Origin: Chrysochromulina tobinii
Taxonomy: Eukaryota
DNA: 36,289 bases
Reading direction: 5' to 3'
Assembly (NCBI GenBank): GCA_001275005.1
Contig: JWZX01003196.1
Coordinates: 1 to 36,289, forward strand
Each line of letters opens with the position of its first letter. Positions within the stretch are counted from its first letter, which is position 1. Shown here piece after piece: positions 10,214 through 18,676 of the stretch. The notes below the pieces were generated by a model. The model was given only the letters and a program-made list of their open reading frames with translations, searched no databases and had not been told where the DNA came from. The position numbers and the translations under genes are program-made.

Positions 10214-11932
10214 ATGTGTGTCGTATTGGCCGCGACAGCCGCCGCTCTGGCCCTGGTGCCTGCTCCGGCATCGACGATCGTGGTGGGCGGAGGTCCGGCT
10301 GGCCTTGCAACGGCCATCGCTCTGGCCAAGCGTGGCTGGTCGTCCATCACAGTCCTCGATCGGCTCGAGCCTCCAGCGTCCCCCGATGATGAGTCAGTCT
10401 GGTCGGATACAGCGAGGCACTATCTCGTCGGCTTGGGAGGCCGCGGCCAGAGATCGCTGTCTGCCATCGGCGCCTGGGCGGACGTGGTCGAACCCTACTG
10501 CAGCCGAGTGGTCGGGCGCAAGGACTGGGCACCAGGCGCGGTGGAAGGCATAGAGCGAATCTTCACGGACCGGCCCTATGAGACTCGCGTCATCCCACGG
10601 TCGCGGCTGGTCGCGTGCTTGCTGCGCCACGCGGAGCGGGCGTACCCCGGAGTCATTCAGGTGCGCCACGGCATCGAGGTGAGGGAGATGGTGTGGAAGG
10701 GCAAGCTTAGTACGGAGTACGAGCGCTGCGTGCTCAAGTGCAACCCGTGCGCCATGCCCGACGCGGACCGCTCCTCCAACGACCCCGAGCCTCCCAACGC
10801 AAATGGCGAGAATGTGCCAGAGGCCTGTGCTCTGGTGGACGAGGGCGGGGCGTTCGAGCTGGATGCCGCCTTCGTCGTGGGCGCTGACGGCTCACGACGG
10901 ACCGTGGCCAACGCGTTGGTGGCGCAGGACCGCCAGCGATGGGTATGGCCAGGCCGTCGCTTACGCGTCACGCGGTACAAGGACACTGCCGTGCGCGTGT
11001 ACAAGACGATCCCGCTGGTCTTTCCGCCCTCTTGGCGCAAGGACATCAACTACTCGGCGCGCACCAAGACAGTCAACTTCGACGCGCTTCCGTGCCTAAC
11101 GGGTGAGTACTGTGGAGTGTTGCTCATCAAGCCCGAGGACGAGGTCGCACAGGGGCTCGGCGACGCGGCCGCTGCTCGCGCCTACTTGGACGCGACCCTC
11201 CCGCAGTTCTCGCCGTACATTCCCGATGCCGCGCTGCCTGGGATCGTGGCCAAGCCGCCCAGCCGCCTGCCACAGTTTCGATACGTGGGGCCGCGCTTGC
11301 ATCTGCGAAGCTCGACGGTGCTGCTCGGCGATGCTGTCCACCAGGTGAAGCCGTACTTTGGTCTGGGGGTCAACGCAGCCTTCGAGGACGTCGCCGCGCT
11401 CGATCGGTGCCTCGACGAAGCTCCCTCGATGGGCGCGGCCCTTGCCGCTTTCAGCCGGCAGCGTGCTCCAGAGGCGCGAGTGCTCACTCAGATCTCCCGC
11501 TCATTCGACCGCGGCGGCGTGCTCGCTTTCTTCACCTTCATCCTGCCGCTCATCCTCGACGGCATCTTCCATGGTGCCTTGCCGCGCCTGTTTGCACCCA
11601 ATACCCTCGCAATGCTCCAGCGGCCGGAGCTCACCTTCAGCGCCATCCGCCGTCGCAAGCGGATCGACCGAGCACTCCAGCTGGCCCTGATCGGGACCGC
11701 AGGCGTGCTCGCAACCCGATTGACCCTCACTCTCGTCCGTGCCGCCGCGAATCTGCTGGCGGCCGGAGGCGCCGTGCGGGCGCCGCTAGTGGCAGTCGCG
11801 GCGCTGCCGATGGCCGCGGCCCTCTCTACCGCCGCGTGGCGCTTTCTCGGAGCTCGTGTGCGCGGCGACGTGGCGGATGTCCTCGCGGCGCAGAAAAAAG
11901 GCCTCGAGGGAGAGCAGAGCGAGGCAGAGTGA
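10214..11932 (+). CDS. FAD-dependent monooxygenase, kynurenine 3-monooxygenase-like
   Basis: IVVGGGPAGLATAIALAKRG, VVGADGSR, VLLGDAVHQVKPYFGLGVNAAFED; hydrophobic N-terminal leader and C-terminal hydrophobic segments. Confidence 0.85.
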   Translation: MCVVLAATAAALALVPAPASTIVVGGGPAGLATAIALAKRGWSSITVLDRLEPPASPDDESVWSDTARHYLVGLGGRGQRSLSAIGAWADVVEPYCSRVVGRKDWAPGAVEGIERIFTDRPYETRVIPRSRLVACLLRHAERAYPGVIQVRHGIEVREMVWKGKLSTEYERCVLKCNPCAMPDADRSSNDPEPPNANGENVPEACALVDEGGAFELDAAFVVGADGSRRTVANALVAQDRQRWVWPGRRLRVTRYKDTAVRVYKTIPLVFPPSWRKDINYSARTKTVNFDALPCLTGEYCGVLLIKPEDEVAQGLGDAAAARAYLDATLPQFSPYIPDAALPGIVAKPPSRLPQFRYVGPRLHLRSSTVLLGDAVHQVKPYFGLGVNAAFEDVAALDRCLDEAPSMGAALAAFSRQRAPEARVLTQISRSFDRGGVLAFFTFILPLILDGIFHGALPRLFAPNTLAMLQRPELTFSAIRRRKRIDRALQLALIGTAGVLATRLTLTLVRAAANLLAAGGAVRAPLVAVAALPMAAALSTAAWRFLGARVRGDVADVLAAQKKGLEGEQSEAE

Positions 11933-12181
11933 GAGCCGAACCTTCCAAAGCCCCGCGCCCTCCATAACCTCCATGAGAGAGCTGTGTACAAGAGCGCCTA
12001 CTCTGTTTGCATGGCGGAGTCATGATTGCACCGTGCTGACGTTTTTCAGATTGTGTTTTGGAGCGAGGGGGGGTAATTTTGGAGCGATCTGCCCAGGACG
12101 GCGTCTTTGAGACCACGCGCCCTCTCGTCATCTTGCAAAGAGTGCGCAGGTCATTCCCTCGACCAACCCTCGATCGGTCTG

Positions 12182-14089
12182 ATGGCAGAGTGCGAAGTCG
12201 TGCCGCCCACGGATGCACCAGACGTGCCGGTGTCGCAGAGCCTCTTCACGTCAGTGGTATCCGAACTGGAGCAACACAGCCAGATGATTGAGAGCTGGGA
12301 ACGGGAGAAGGGCAAAGAGGACGAGGAGGAGGACCCGTGGGTATTTGCGATGCCAAACGAGAGCGTTGAATCCTTTTTGGCATCCTTCCCGCCGTCGTCG
12401 ACGGAGAAGTCGTGGATTTCGACGGAGCACGTTGGGCGCAAGAAGATCATTGAGGAGTACTATGTGAAAACAGTTGGCTCGGAAGGGTTGCCAGATAAGA
12501 CTAAGCTCTCGGAAGCCTGGGAGCAGTGCACGCCCAAGTCGACGGAGTCGCTCACTCGCATCCTCAAGGAGCACAAGTACGGGAGCGGAAAGTGGATGAT
12601 TTTCGCGCCGGCCACGGACGTGAACGAGATGTGGGAGAGGATCGTCGAGGCGCTCTGGGATGGCAAGCTCGGGCACTCGGCCAAAGTGAGCGGCGCCCTG
12701 ACGGACGCTTCCCAGTCGCACGTGATCTGCGTGTATGTCGATCCATTCTGGGAGACCGCTGAAATGGAGCGCGTCCTCGCGGGACTGCGTGCGTGTGGCG
12801 TGGAGGACGCGATCAAGTTCAAGCCCGATGGCGTGAGCCTACTCAATATTTACAAGGACAATGAGTTTGGCATCCCGCCCTCCTTCTTTTCGGCGTCCAA
12901 GGGATCGCTTGTGCTACAGAAGCAGTTGGGCGGCTCTGACACGCGCCGCTGGTGCAAGAACGGCTCCAATTGCAAGCACCTCAAGCAAGGCAGGTGCAGC
13001 TACCTGCACAAGGATGAGGACTTTGTCAAGAAGGAGGTTCCCGAGTGGCGTAAGGTGGATGAGGACGGCATGATGCAGCAGAAGCCGGCGCGCGGCTCAC
13101 GCTATGGCAACCCGACGCGTACGGCGCCGCGCCCGGAGCTGCCCCCGAGCAAGAAGGACGAGAAGAAGAAGAAAGAGGAGGCCGCGAAGAAGAGCAGTGC
13201 CTTCGCTGCGCTCACCGGCATCGGGGACGAGGACGCGGACGCCATCCTCGAGAAGCAGCGCAAGAAGCTTGAGAAGCGCGCGGCCAAGAAGGCGGCGGAG
13301 GACGCGGCGATCGCGGAGAAGGCGCGCGGAGATTTCGAGGCACTCAAGGCGGGCCTCGGCTCTGGAAATTGGGCGGACGAGGACGAGGACGAGGACGCGG
13401 ACGCGGAGACGCCCGCGGCAGATGAGGACGAGGACGACGAGGACGAGGACGACGAGGACGACGAGGACGAAGAGGACGAGGAGGACGAGGAGGACGAGGA
13501 GGGCGAGGACGGCGAGAAAGGCACGGATGGGCCAGGGAACGCAGGGGAGAGTGCGGACGCACGGCCTGTGCCAACCCCACCGCCACCACCTCCTGTGGCG
13601 GAGAAGAAGAAGGAGAAGAAGAAGACGGCCGAGGAAGAGGAGGCCGAAGCGCTGCTGGCGGCGCTCGACGTGAAGGAAGAGACCAAGGAAGGGGGTCAGT
13701 CGAAGGCGGCCGCCAAGCGTGCCAAGAAGAAGGCGGAGGAGGAGGCGCGCAAGAAGGCGGTGGGAGCAGAGTCGACCACCACGAGCGCGCCCAAAGAGGC
13801 GGATCAGAAGGACGGCGCAGCCGCCGAGGAGAACGAAGCGCCGCAGGAGGAGGCAGCGGGCGGCGAAGGCGGCGCGCCTCTGTCGGCCGAAGAGATCAAG
13901 GCGCGCTTGAAGGCAAAGGCGGAGGCCGCCAAGAAGAAGGCGAAGCCCAAGACCGCGGCCGAGGTCGCTGCGGCCGAGGCCGCGGCGCGCCCTAAGGATA
14001 AGAAGAAGGCTGCGCCGACGTGGAGTTCGGGCGGTGCAAAGGTGGGGCAGAAAGCGCGCGGGTCCGACAACAAGTACCAGGGTGAGTAG
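12182..14089 (+). CDS. DUF1917 (eIF4E-like fold, C11orf68/UPF0696-like) + CCCH zinc finger + charged low-complexity tail
   Basis: SGKWMIF...WERIVEAL...GHSAKVS...HVICVYVDPF...IKFKPDGVSLLNIY; CKNGSNCKHLKQGRCSYLH; poly-D/E and K/A-rich tail. The 3' end could be spliced at gtgagt 14082. Confidence 0.8.
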   Translation: MAECEVVPPTDAPDVPVSQSLFTSVVSELEQHSQMIESWEREKGKEDEEEDPWVFAMPNESVESFLASFPPSSTEKSWISTEHVGRKKIIEEYYVKTVGSEGLPDKTKLSEAWEQCTPKSTESLTRILKEHKYGSGKWMIFAPATDVNEMWERIVEALWDGKLGHSAKVSGALTDASQSHVICVYVDPFWETAEMERVLAGLRACGVEDAIKFKPDGVSLLNIYKDNEFGIPPSFFSASKGSLVLQKQLGGSDTRRWCKNGSNCKHLKQGRCSYLHKDEDFVKKEVPEWRKVDEDGMMQQKPARGSRYGNPTRTAPRPELPPSKKDEKKKKEEAAKKSSAFAALTGIGDEDADAILEKQRKKLEKRAAKKAAEDAAIAEKARGDFEALKAGLGSGNWADEDEDEDADAETPAADEDEDDEDEDDEDDEDEEDEEDEEDEEGEDGEKGTDGPGNAGESADARPVPTPPPPPPVAEKKKEKKKTAEEEEAEALLAALDVKEETKEGGQSKAAAKRAKKKAEEEARKKAVGAESTTTSAPKEADQKDGAAAEENEAPQEEAAGGEGGAPLSAEEIKARLKAKAEAAKKKAKPKTAAEVAAAEAAARPKDKKKAAPTWSSGGAKVGQKARGSDNKYQGE

Positions 14090-14104
14090 GCAGGCCGGCT
14101 GCGA

Positions 14105-14161
14105 CAGGCACCACTGTTGGATTGGGGCAGCAATCAGGCACCACTGTTGGACTGGGGCAGC
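14105..14161. repeat. 30-bp-period tandem duplication
   Basis: caggcaccactgttggaYtggggcagc at 14105 and 14135, one mismatch. Confidence 0.9.
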
Positions 14162-14514
14162 GTTGCGGGCTTCGCTTTCGAAACGGCTGGGTGATGCATG
14201 GGCCGCGACGTGCTCCGCGACGTTGCATGGCGACACAGGCCCCGCCGGACGTGGGAGGCACGTATCTTTACGTTCCGCATGGTGAGGACCACGTGATTTC
14301 CTCAGACCGCCCCCGTTTGCGGGAGCAAGGGAGAGAACGAGAGACTTCATTGAATTAGCATGACATGAGGGGTTTGGAAACAGTTTGGAAACAGTGGTAA
14401 CCGGCACAGAGTCGTGAAGAGTTTCTAACCGTTGGCTGTGAAGGCAACATGTGAGACACCCCCTGAGGCACCTCTGAACGTTTAAAAACAGGGACCCACC
14501 TCACGCCGCTAACG

Positions 14515-14639
14515 GGCTCCCCCCGGTGTCTTATACCGGTCGGCTCCCGCCCCGTGATCTATAAACCGTACCGGTTCCGTGTGCCTTTGTGCGCCCGCGC
14601 GTCCCGTGTGTCCCGGCTACCCCCGGAGTCTTTTACCGG
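14515..14639. repeat. Pair of ~25-bp dispersed motifs, 100 bp apart
   Basis: ggctccccccggtgtcttataccgg (14515) and ggctacccccggagtcttttaccgg (14615); reverse-complement relatives at 29403-29475. Confidence 0.75.
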
Positions 14640-14650
14640 GCAAGGGTCTC

Positions 14651-14677
14651 GACTTGACTTGACTTGACTTGACTTGA
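14651..14677. repeat. (GACTT)5 microsatellite
   Basis: gacttgacttgacttgacttgacttga. Confidence 0.95.
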
Positions 14678-14756
14678 AGCGACCATTTTCGCGCCGCGGC
14701 CGAGCGCAGTGCGCGAGTGGTGGGGCGCTCTTCGTGGACTAGCCCGAGCCCACTAG

Positions 14757-16607
14757 ATGCTGCTCAGCGTCGCCGTCTATATCGACGAGCTACAGCTCGG
14801 CGCAACAGCCACGCCATCAAAACCCGCGGTCGCCTTCCGCGTGCCAGGGTACCCGTCCGTGCTTGTGAAGCGTCACCAGCGACCGAGTGATCTCCCTGAC
14901 GATGAAATGGGCGAGAGAGTCCATTTCTCGCATGGAAAGTCCTGCCTGATTCACTGGGATGGCCCCGTGTCATCGATTGCTACCGGCCTGCGGCTCGAGT
15001 TCTATCTCGTCGATCTCACTGAGGAGCCCAGTCGTCGACCACTCGGAAACGCTGGCATCTTGCTTGGAGCAGCAGTGCATAGCCTACGCCCGCGTCAGCG
15101 CAAGCCGGACGCGTTCACACGCATGCGAGTGCGCATGAATGACGTCGTAGGCAATTTTGTTGCGACGCTGCACGGCCGCTGCCGTTTTCAGACGCTCGGC
15201 ACGACGATGATCCCCCACTTGCTCCAAACCCTGTCAAGGGCTCCGACGACGGCACCCGTTGCAGATATCGCCATTCCTCCCATCGCCACGGCGCCCGCCG
15301 CCGCGCCTGCCGCCGCGCCTGCCGCCGCGCCTGCCGCCGCGCCTGCCGCCGCGCCTGCCGCCGCGCCCGCCTCTGCCGTCCCAGTCTCCTATCCGCAGCT
15401 TGGTCCGGGCCCCTCAACCCTCGCCACTCCGATGGCAGAGCCGTCAGGCGACGCTGCTTGCCGCGCCATGCTCGACGCGCAGCTATACGTTCGGACGGGC
15501 ATCGGTGCAAGCCTCAGCGAGGATCCGAAGGTGAGCACGAGTGCATGCCACGTGGCATGCGTCGGCGCCACTAATTGCGCCACTCATCAAGGAGGGGAGC
15601 ATGCCACGTGGCAGCCCAGGCCCGACGAAGCGTTACACGCGCGGCTCATGGCGCAGCAGCACGAGCTCTCGAGGCTGAATGAAGCGAGTGAGGCTGCGAA
15701 GCCGCTGCCCACTATCGCCGCGTTGCCTTCCATCCCCACCTCCACTATCGTTGCGACCGGCTCCGCCCACGACGACGCTGCCCACGACGACGCTGCTCAC
15801 CACGACGCCACTATCGTTGCGACCGGCTCCGCCCACGACGACGCTGATCACGACGACGCTGCTCACCACGACGCCACTATCGTTGCGACCGGCTCCGCCC
15901 ACGCGCCGCTGTCGCCCGAGCTCCCTATCGCGGTGTCCAAGCCGACATGTGACCTTGGGTCTCCGGCGCCAACGCCGCTGCAACCTGCCGCCCATGCGGC
16001 CCTACCTGGCGCACATGCGGCCCTACCTGGCGCACATGCGGCCCTACCTGCCGCCCATGCGGCCCTACCTGCCGCCCATGCGGCCCTACCTGCCGCCCAT
16101 GCGGCCCTACCTGGCGCACATGCGGCCCTACCTGGCGCCCATGCGGCCCTACCTGGCGCACGAGCGGCCCTACGCGCGCCCCCGCCGCCGTCCCGGCAGC
16201 CGGCGCCAGTTCAGATGGCCGCTCGTCCGCCGGCACCAGCGGCCGTTGCGTACGAGGGTCCGCACGCGCTGCAGCAGCCGCCTGCACTCTTCTTCCACAA
16301 CTGCGGAGAGACTCCCGGTGCGCCAGCCCCGAGCGTTCCACCGCTCGAGGAGGCGACTGCTCTCCAGGCCACGGCCACCAGCTTAGCGGCCGCGTCACCA
16401 GGGTGGATGAATCCTGCGGCGTCGCTCGCGTCATCGGAGGAGGCAGAGGCAGAGGCAGAGGCCTCAAATGATCGCGTGCTTCCGAGCGATGCACCTCAAG
16501 CCGCTGGGCCTACGCTTCAGCACCGAGCGGCGCGCGCTGCGGCAGCTCTCGTGAGTCACATCACACCCGTGCCTCCCTCGCCAGCAGCCGCAGCGCCGCC
16601 GCGGCCG

Positions 16608-16640
<33 letters not shown>

Positions 16641-17843
16641 AGCACGACGCCCCGCAATTCCGTGAGCCTGCCCGTCCTCAGCGGGCTCGCTAGCAGCGTG
16701 GCCCCTCGCTCGAGCGCTGAGGGCGGTGCACTCGAGGGTGGCGTCGAGGGCGGCGTGCTCGCAGCCCTGTTGCGAGAGCTTGAGCACGTGCGCACGCCCG
16801 AGTATGCCACAGAGGTGATCCGAAGCTCCATGCTCGCCCGCCTCGCGAGCGCTGCGGCGGCCGTGCACGCCCCTGGTGGACACCTGCCCCTGGGGGGTCC
16901 TATGCCGTCATCTCTCGAATCGCGCGGTTTGGCCCTGAGAAAAGCTTTGGCACCCAGGGGCATTGCGGCAAGCGAAGGTGGCAGCAGAGGCGGCGGAGGC
17001 GGAGGCGGAGGCGGCAGTGGCCGGGGCCGAGGCGCGGGAGCGACCTCTGGCGCACGCAGCCGGACGGCGGCACAAGGCTCAGCCCGGAGCTTCGAAGGTG
17101 GGAGTGCCACCGGCACCAGCGGCACCGGCGCCGACGTCGGCCCTCGGGATGCACCGCGCTCGAGTCGGCCGCTCCCGAGTGGCTCCAGCGGTCCTGCCAG
17201 CCGAGGTGGCATGCGCGCCCCTTCACAGATCCTGAGCCCCGCCTCGATCGTGGGCCTCCACCACGCCACGACTCTCCCGGACGAGTGCAGCCGTCGCTAC
17301 GCGAGCGTCGACGCGGATCCGCTTGGGCCGCAGCCTGTGCCGCAGCCTTTGCGATCGCCGGAGTTCCCAGGTGAAGCTCTCGGAGCTCTTGGCGCCAGCT
17401 GCGCCAGCTGCGCCAGCTGTGCCAGCTGCGCCGCCTCGGGCATCCAATTGAATTCGCTGCGGAGCAGCACGAACGTCGGTGGCGGCGCTGGCAACGCCGG
17501 CGGTGTGGTCAGCATCCCCGCGCCGTCGGCGGAGAGGCAGATCCTCATGCAGCACCTACAAAAAGCGTTCCAACGGCTGGACAAGGTGGGGAGCGGGGTG
17601 TGCCCGACTGGGCCGCTCTTGCGGGCGCTGCAGCTCATTCTGTCCTCGCAGGCATCTTCATCGCGCTCGAGCGGCGGCTGGGCTCGCGGCCTGCGTGCCG
17701 TGTGCGAGGAGCTCGCTGCCAAAGTTGCTGCGCTTCAAGAACAGCCAGGGCTGGACAGAGAGCTGGACAACCTGACGGTCGCTTGGGAGGAGGTGCTCGA
17801 ATTGGTCACTGAGGATATCAGGGCCAGAGGAGCAGAAGCGTAG
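14757..17843 (+). CDS. MAP10 (KIAA1383)-like protein: N-terminal C2-like domain, long repeat-rich linker, C-terminal EF-hand-like helices
   Basis: AVAFRVPGYPSVLV...VHFSHGKSCLI...FYLVD...LGTTMIPHL and PPALFF resemble MAP10 motifs; LQKAFQRLDKVGSG resembles an EF-hand entry; single 1028-aa ORF. Confidence 0.7.
15291..15371 (+). repeat. 12-bp coding repeat (APAA)n
   Basis: gcgcctgccgcc, ~6.5 copies. Confidence 0.9.
15742..15903 (+). repeat. 66-bp coding repeat, ~2.5 copies (TIVATGSAHDDAAHDDAAHHDA)
   Basis: ccactatcgttgcgaccggctccgcccac recurs at 15742, 15808 and 15874. Confidence 0.92.
15984..16172 (+). repeat. 21-bp coding repeat x9 (P[A/G]AHAAL)
   Basis: cctgccgcccatgcggcccta and cctggcgcacatgcggcccta variants in tandem. 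Confidence 0.95.
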
Positions 17844-17935
17844 TAACGAGTTTTAAACGTTCTCGCCCTATGAGACGTAACTGCGCACGCCTCTTCATGG
17901 ATGATTGGCTGTGAATTACGGCTGTCTAGACTAAA

Positions 17936-18325
17936 ATGGAAAACCGCTGGGAGCGCGGAGTCGCGAGCAGCACTGGCGCAGATGCAGTTCCAGCTGCGGA
18001 CGCCATATCGGAGGGCCTGTTATCGCTGCTCGCGCCGATGGTTGGCAAGTGCGACTCGAGCATTCAGCGCACCTTGCAGAGCCAGGCGGTGCTCTCGCAA
18101 GAGATAGACCGTGTCGCGTTGGAATTGCAGGCTTTCCTTGCGGTATCTGCTCTGCCATCATTTTCGCAACATGCACAGCGTCTGGCCGATATCCGCCGAC
18201 GCGTAGCACATGCAAACAGCACTATGGTAGCCGTACAGGCAAGACTCACTCGTGTGGAGGAGCTGGCGGGCAGGCTTGAGCGTGAGCAGGGACTCACTCT
18301 GCAGCGCAGTGGCGGAGCTGGCTAA
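17936..18325 (+). CDS. SNAPIN: Snapin (BLOC-1/BORC subunit)
   Basis: ISEGLLSLLAPMVGKCDSSIQRTLQSQAVLSQEIDRVALEL...HAQRLADIRRRVAHANSTMVAVQARLTRV matches the snapin pattern and size (129 aa). Confidence 0.85.
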   Translation: MENRWERGVASSTGADAVPAADAISEGLLSLLAPMVGKCDSSIQRTLQSQAVLSQEIDRVALELQAFLAVSALPSFSQHAQRLADIRRRVAHANSTMVAVQARLTRVEELAGRLEREQGLTLQRSGGAG

Positions 18326-18676
18326 CATCACGTGCGGGTTGCCTAGGCGCGATGAGTAAATAAGTGAACTTCACATTTTCCCCGCGCTGTGTCACACACA
18401 CTGCAAATCGGGAAGACTTCGCTTGGAGATCATGTGCCACTGTGCGCTTTCCCACACGGTGACGATGACACGATGTGCCGTCATTGAAGGGCGGTTGAGC
18501 GAGCTTGAGGGGGCGGGGCGGGTGCACCGGCGTGCCGCGGGGGCCCCACCGGGACCCAGGACTCACATGGGCGCACATCATCGCGCCGGGCCGCCCGCCA
18601 GAGGCGGAGTGCCTCAGGGGGGGCGCTGCCGGAGGTCCGCAGGCGCCGAGAAGGCGAGAGCGGGGCCATCCACTCA

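Noticed and set aside
5545..11932. NAD-themed cluster (TIR-like NADase near a KMO-like NAD-synthesis enzyme)
   Set aside because: Two unrelated housekeeping genes lie between them, both functions are unproven, and eukaryotic adjacency is weak evidence.
13097..14407. Long Leu-rich and Ser-rich antisense ORFs
   Set aside because: Antisense shadows of the GAG/AAG/GAC-rich tail of the DUF1917 gene.
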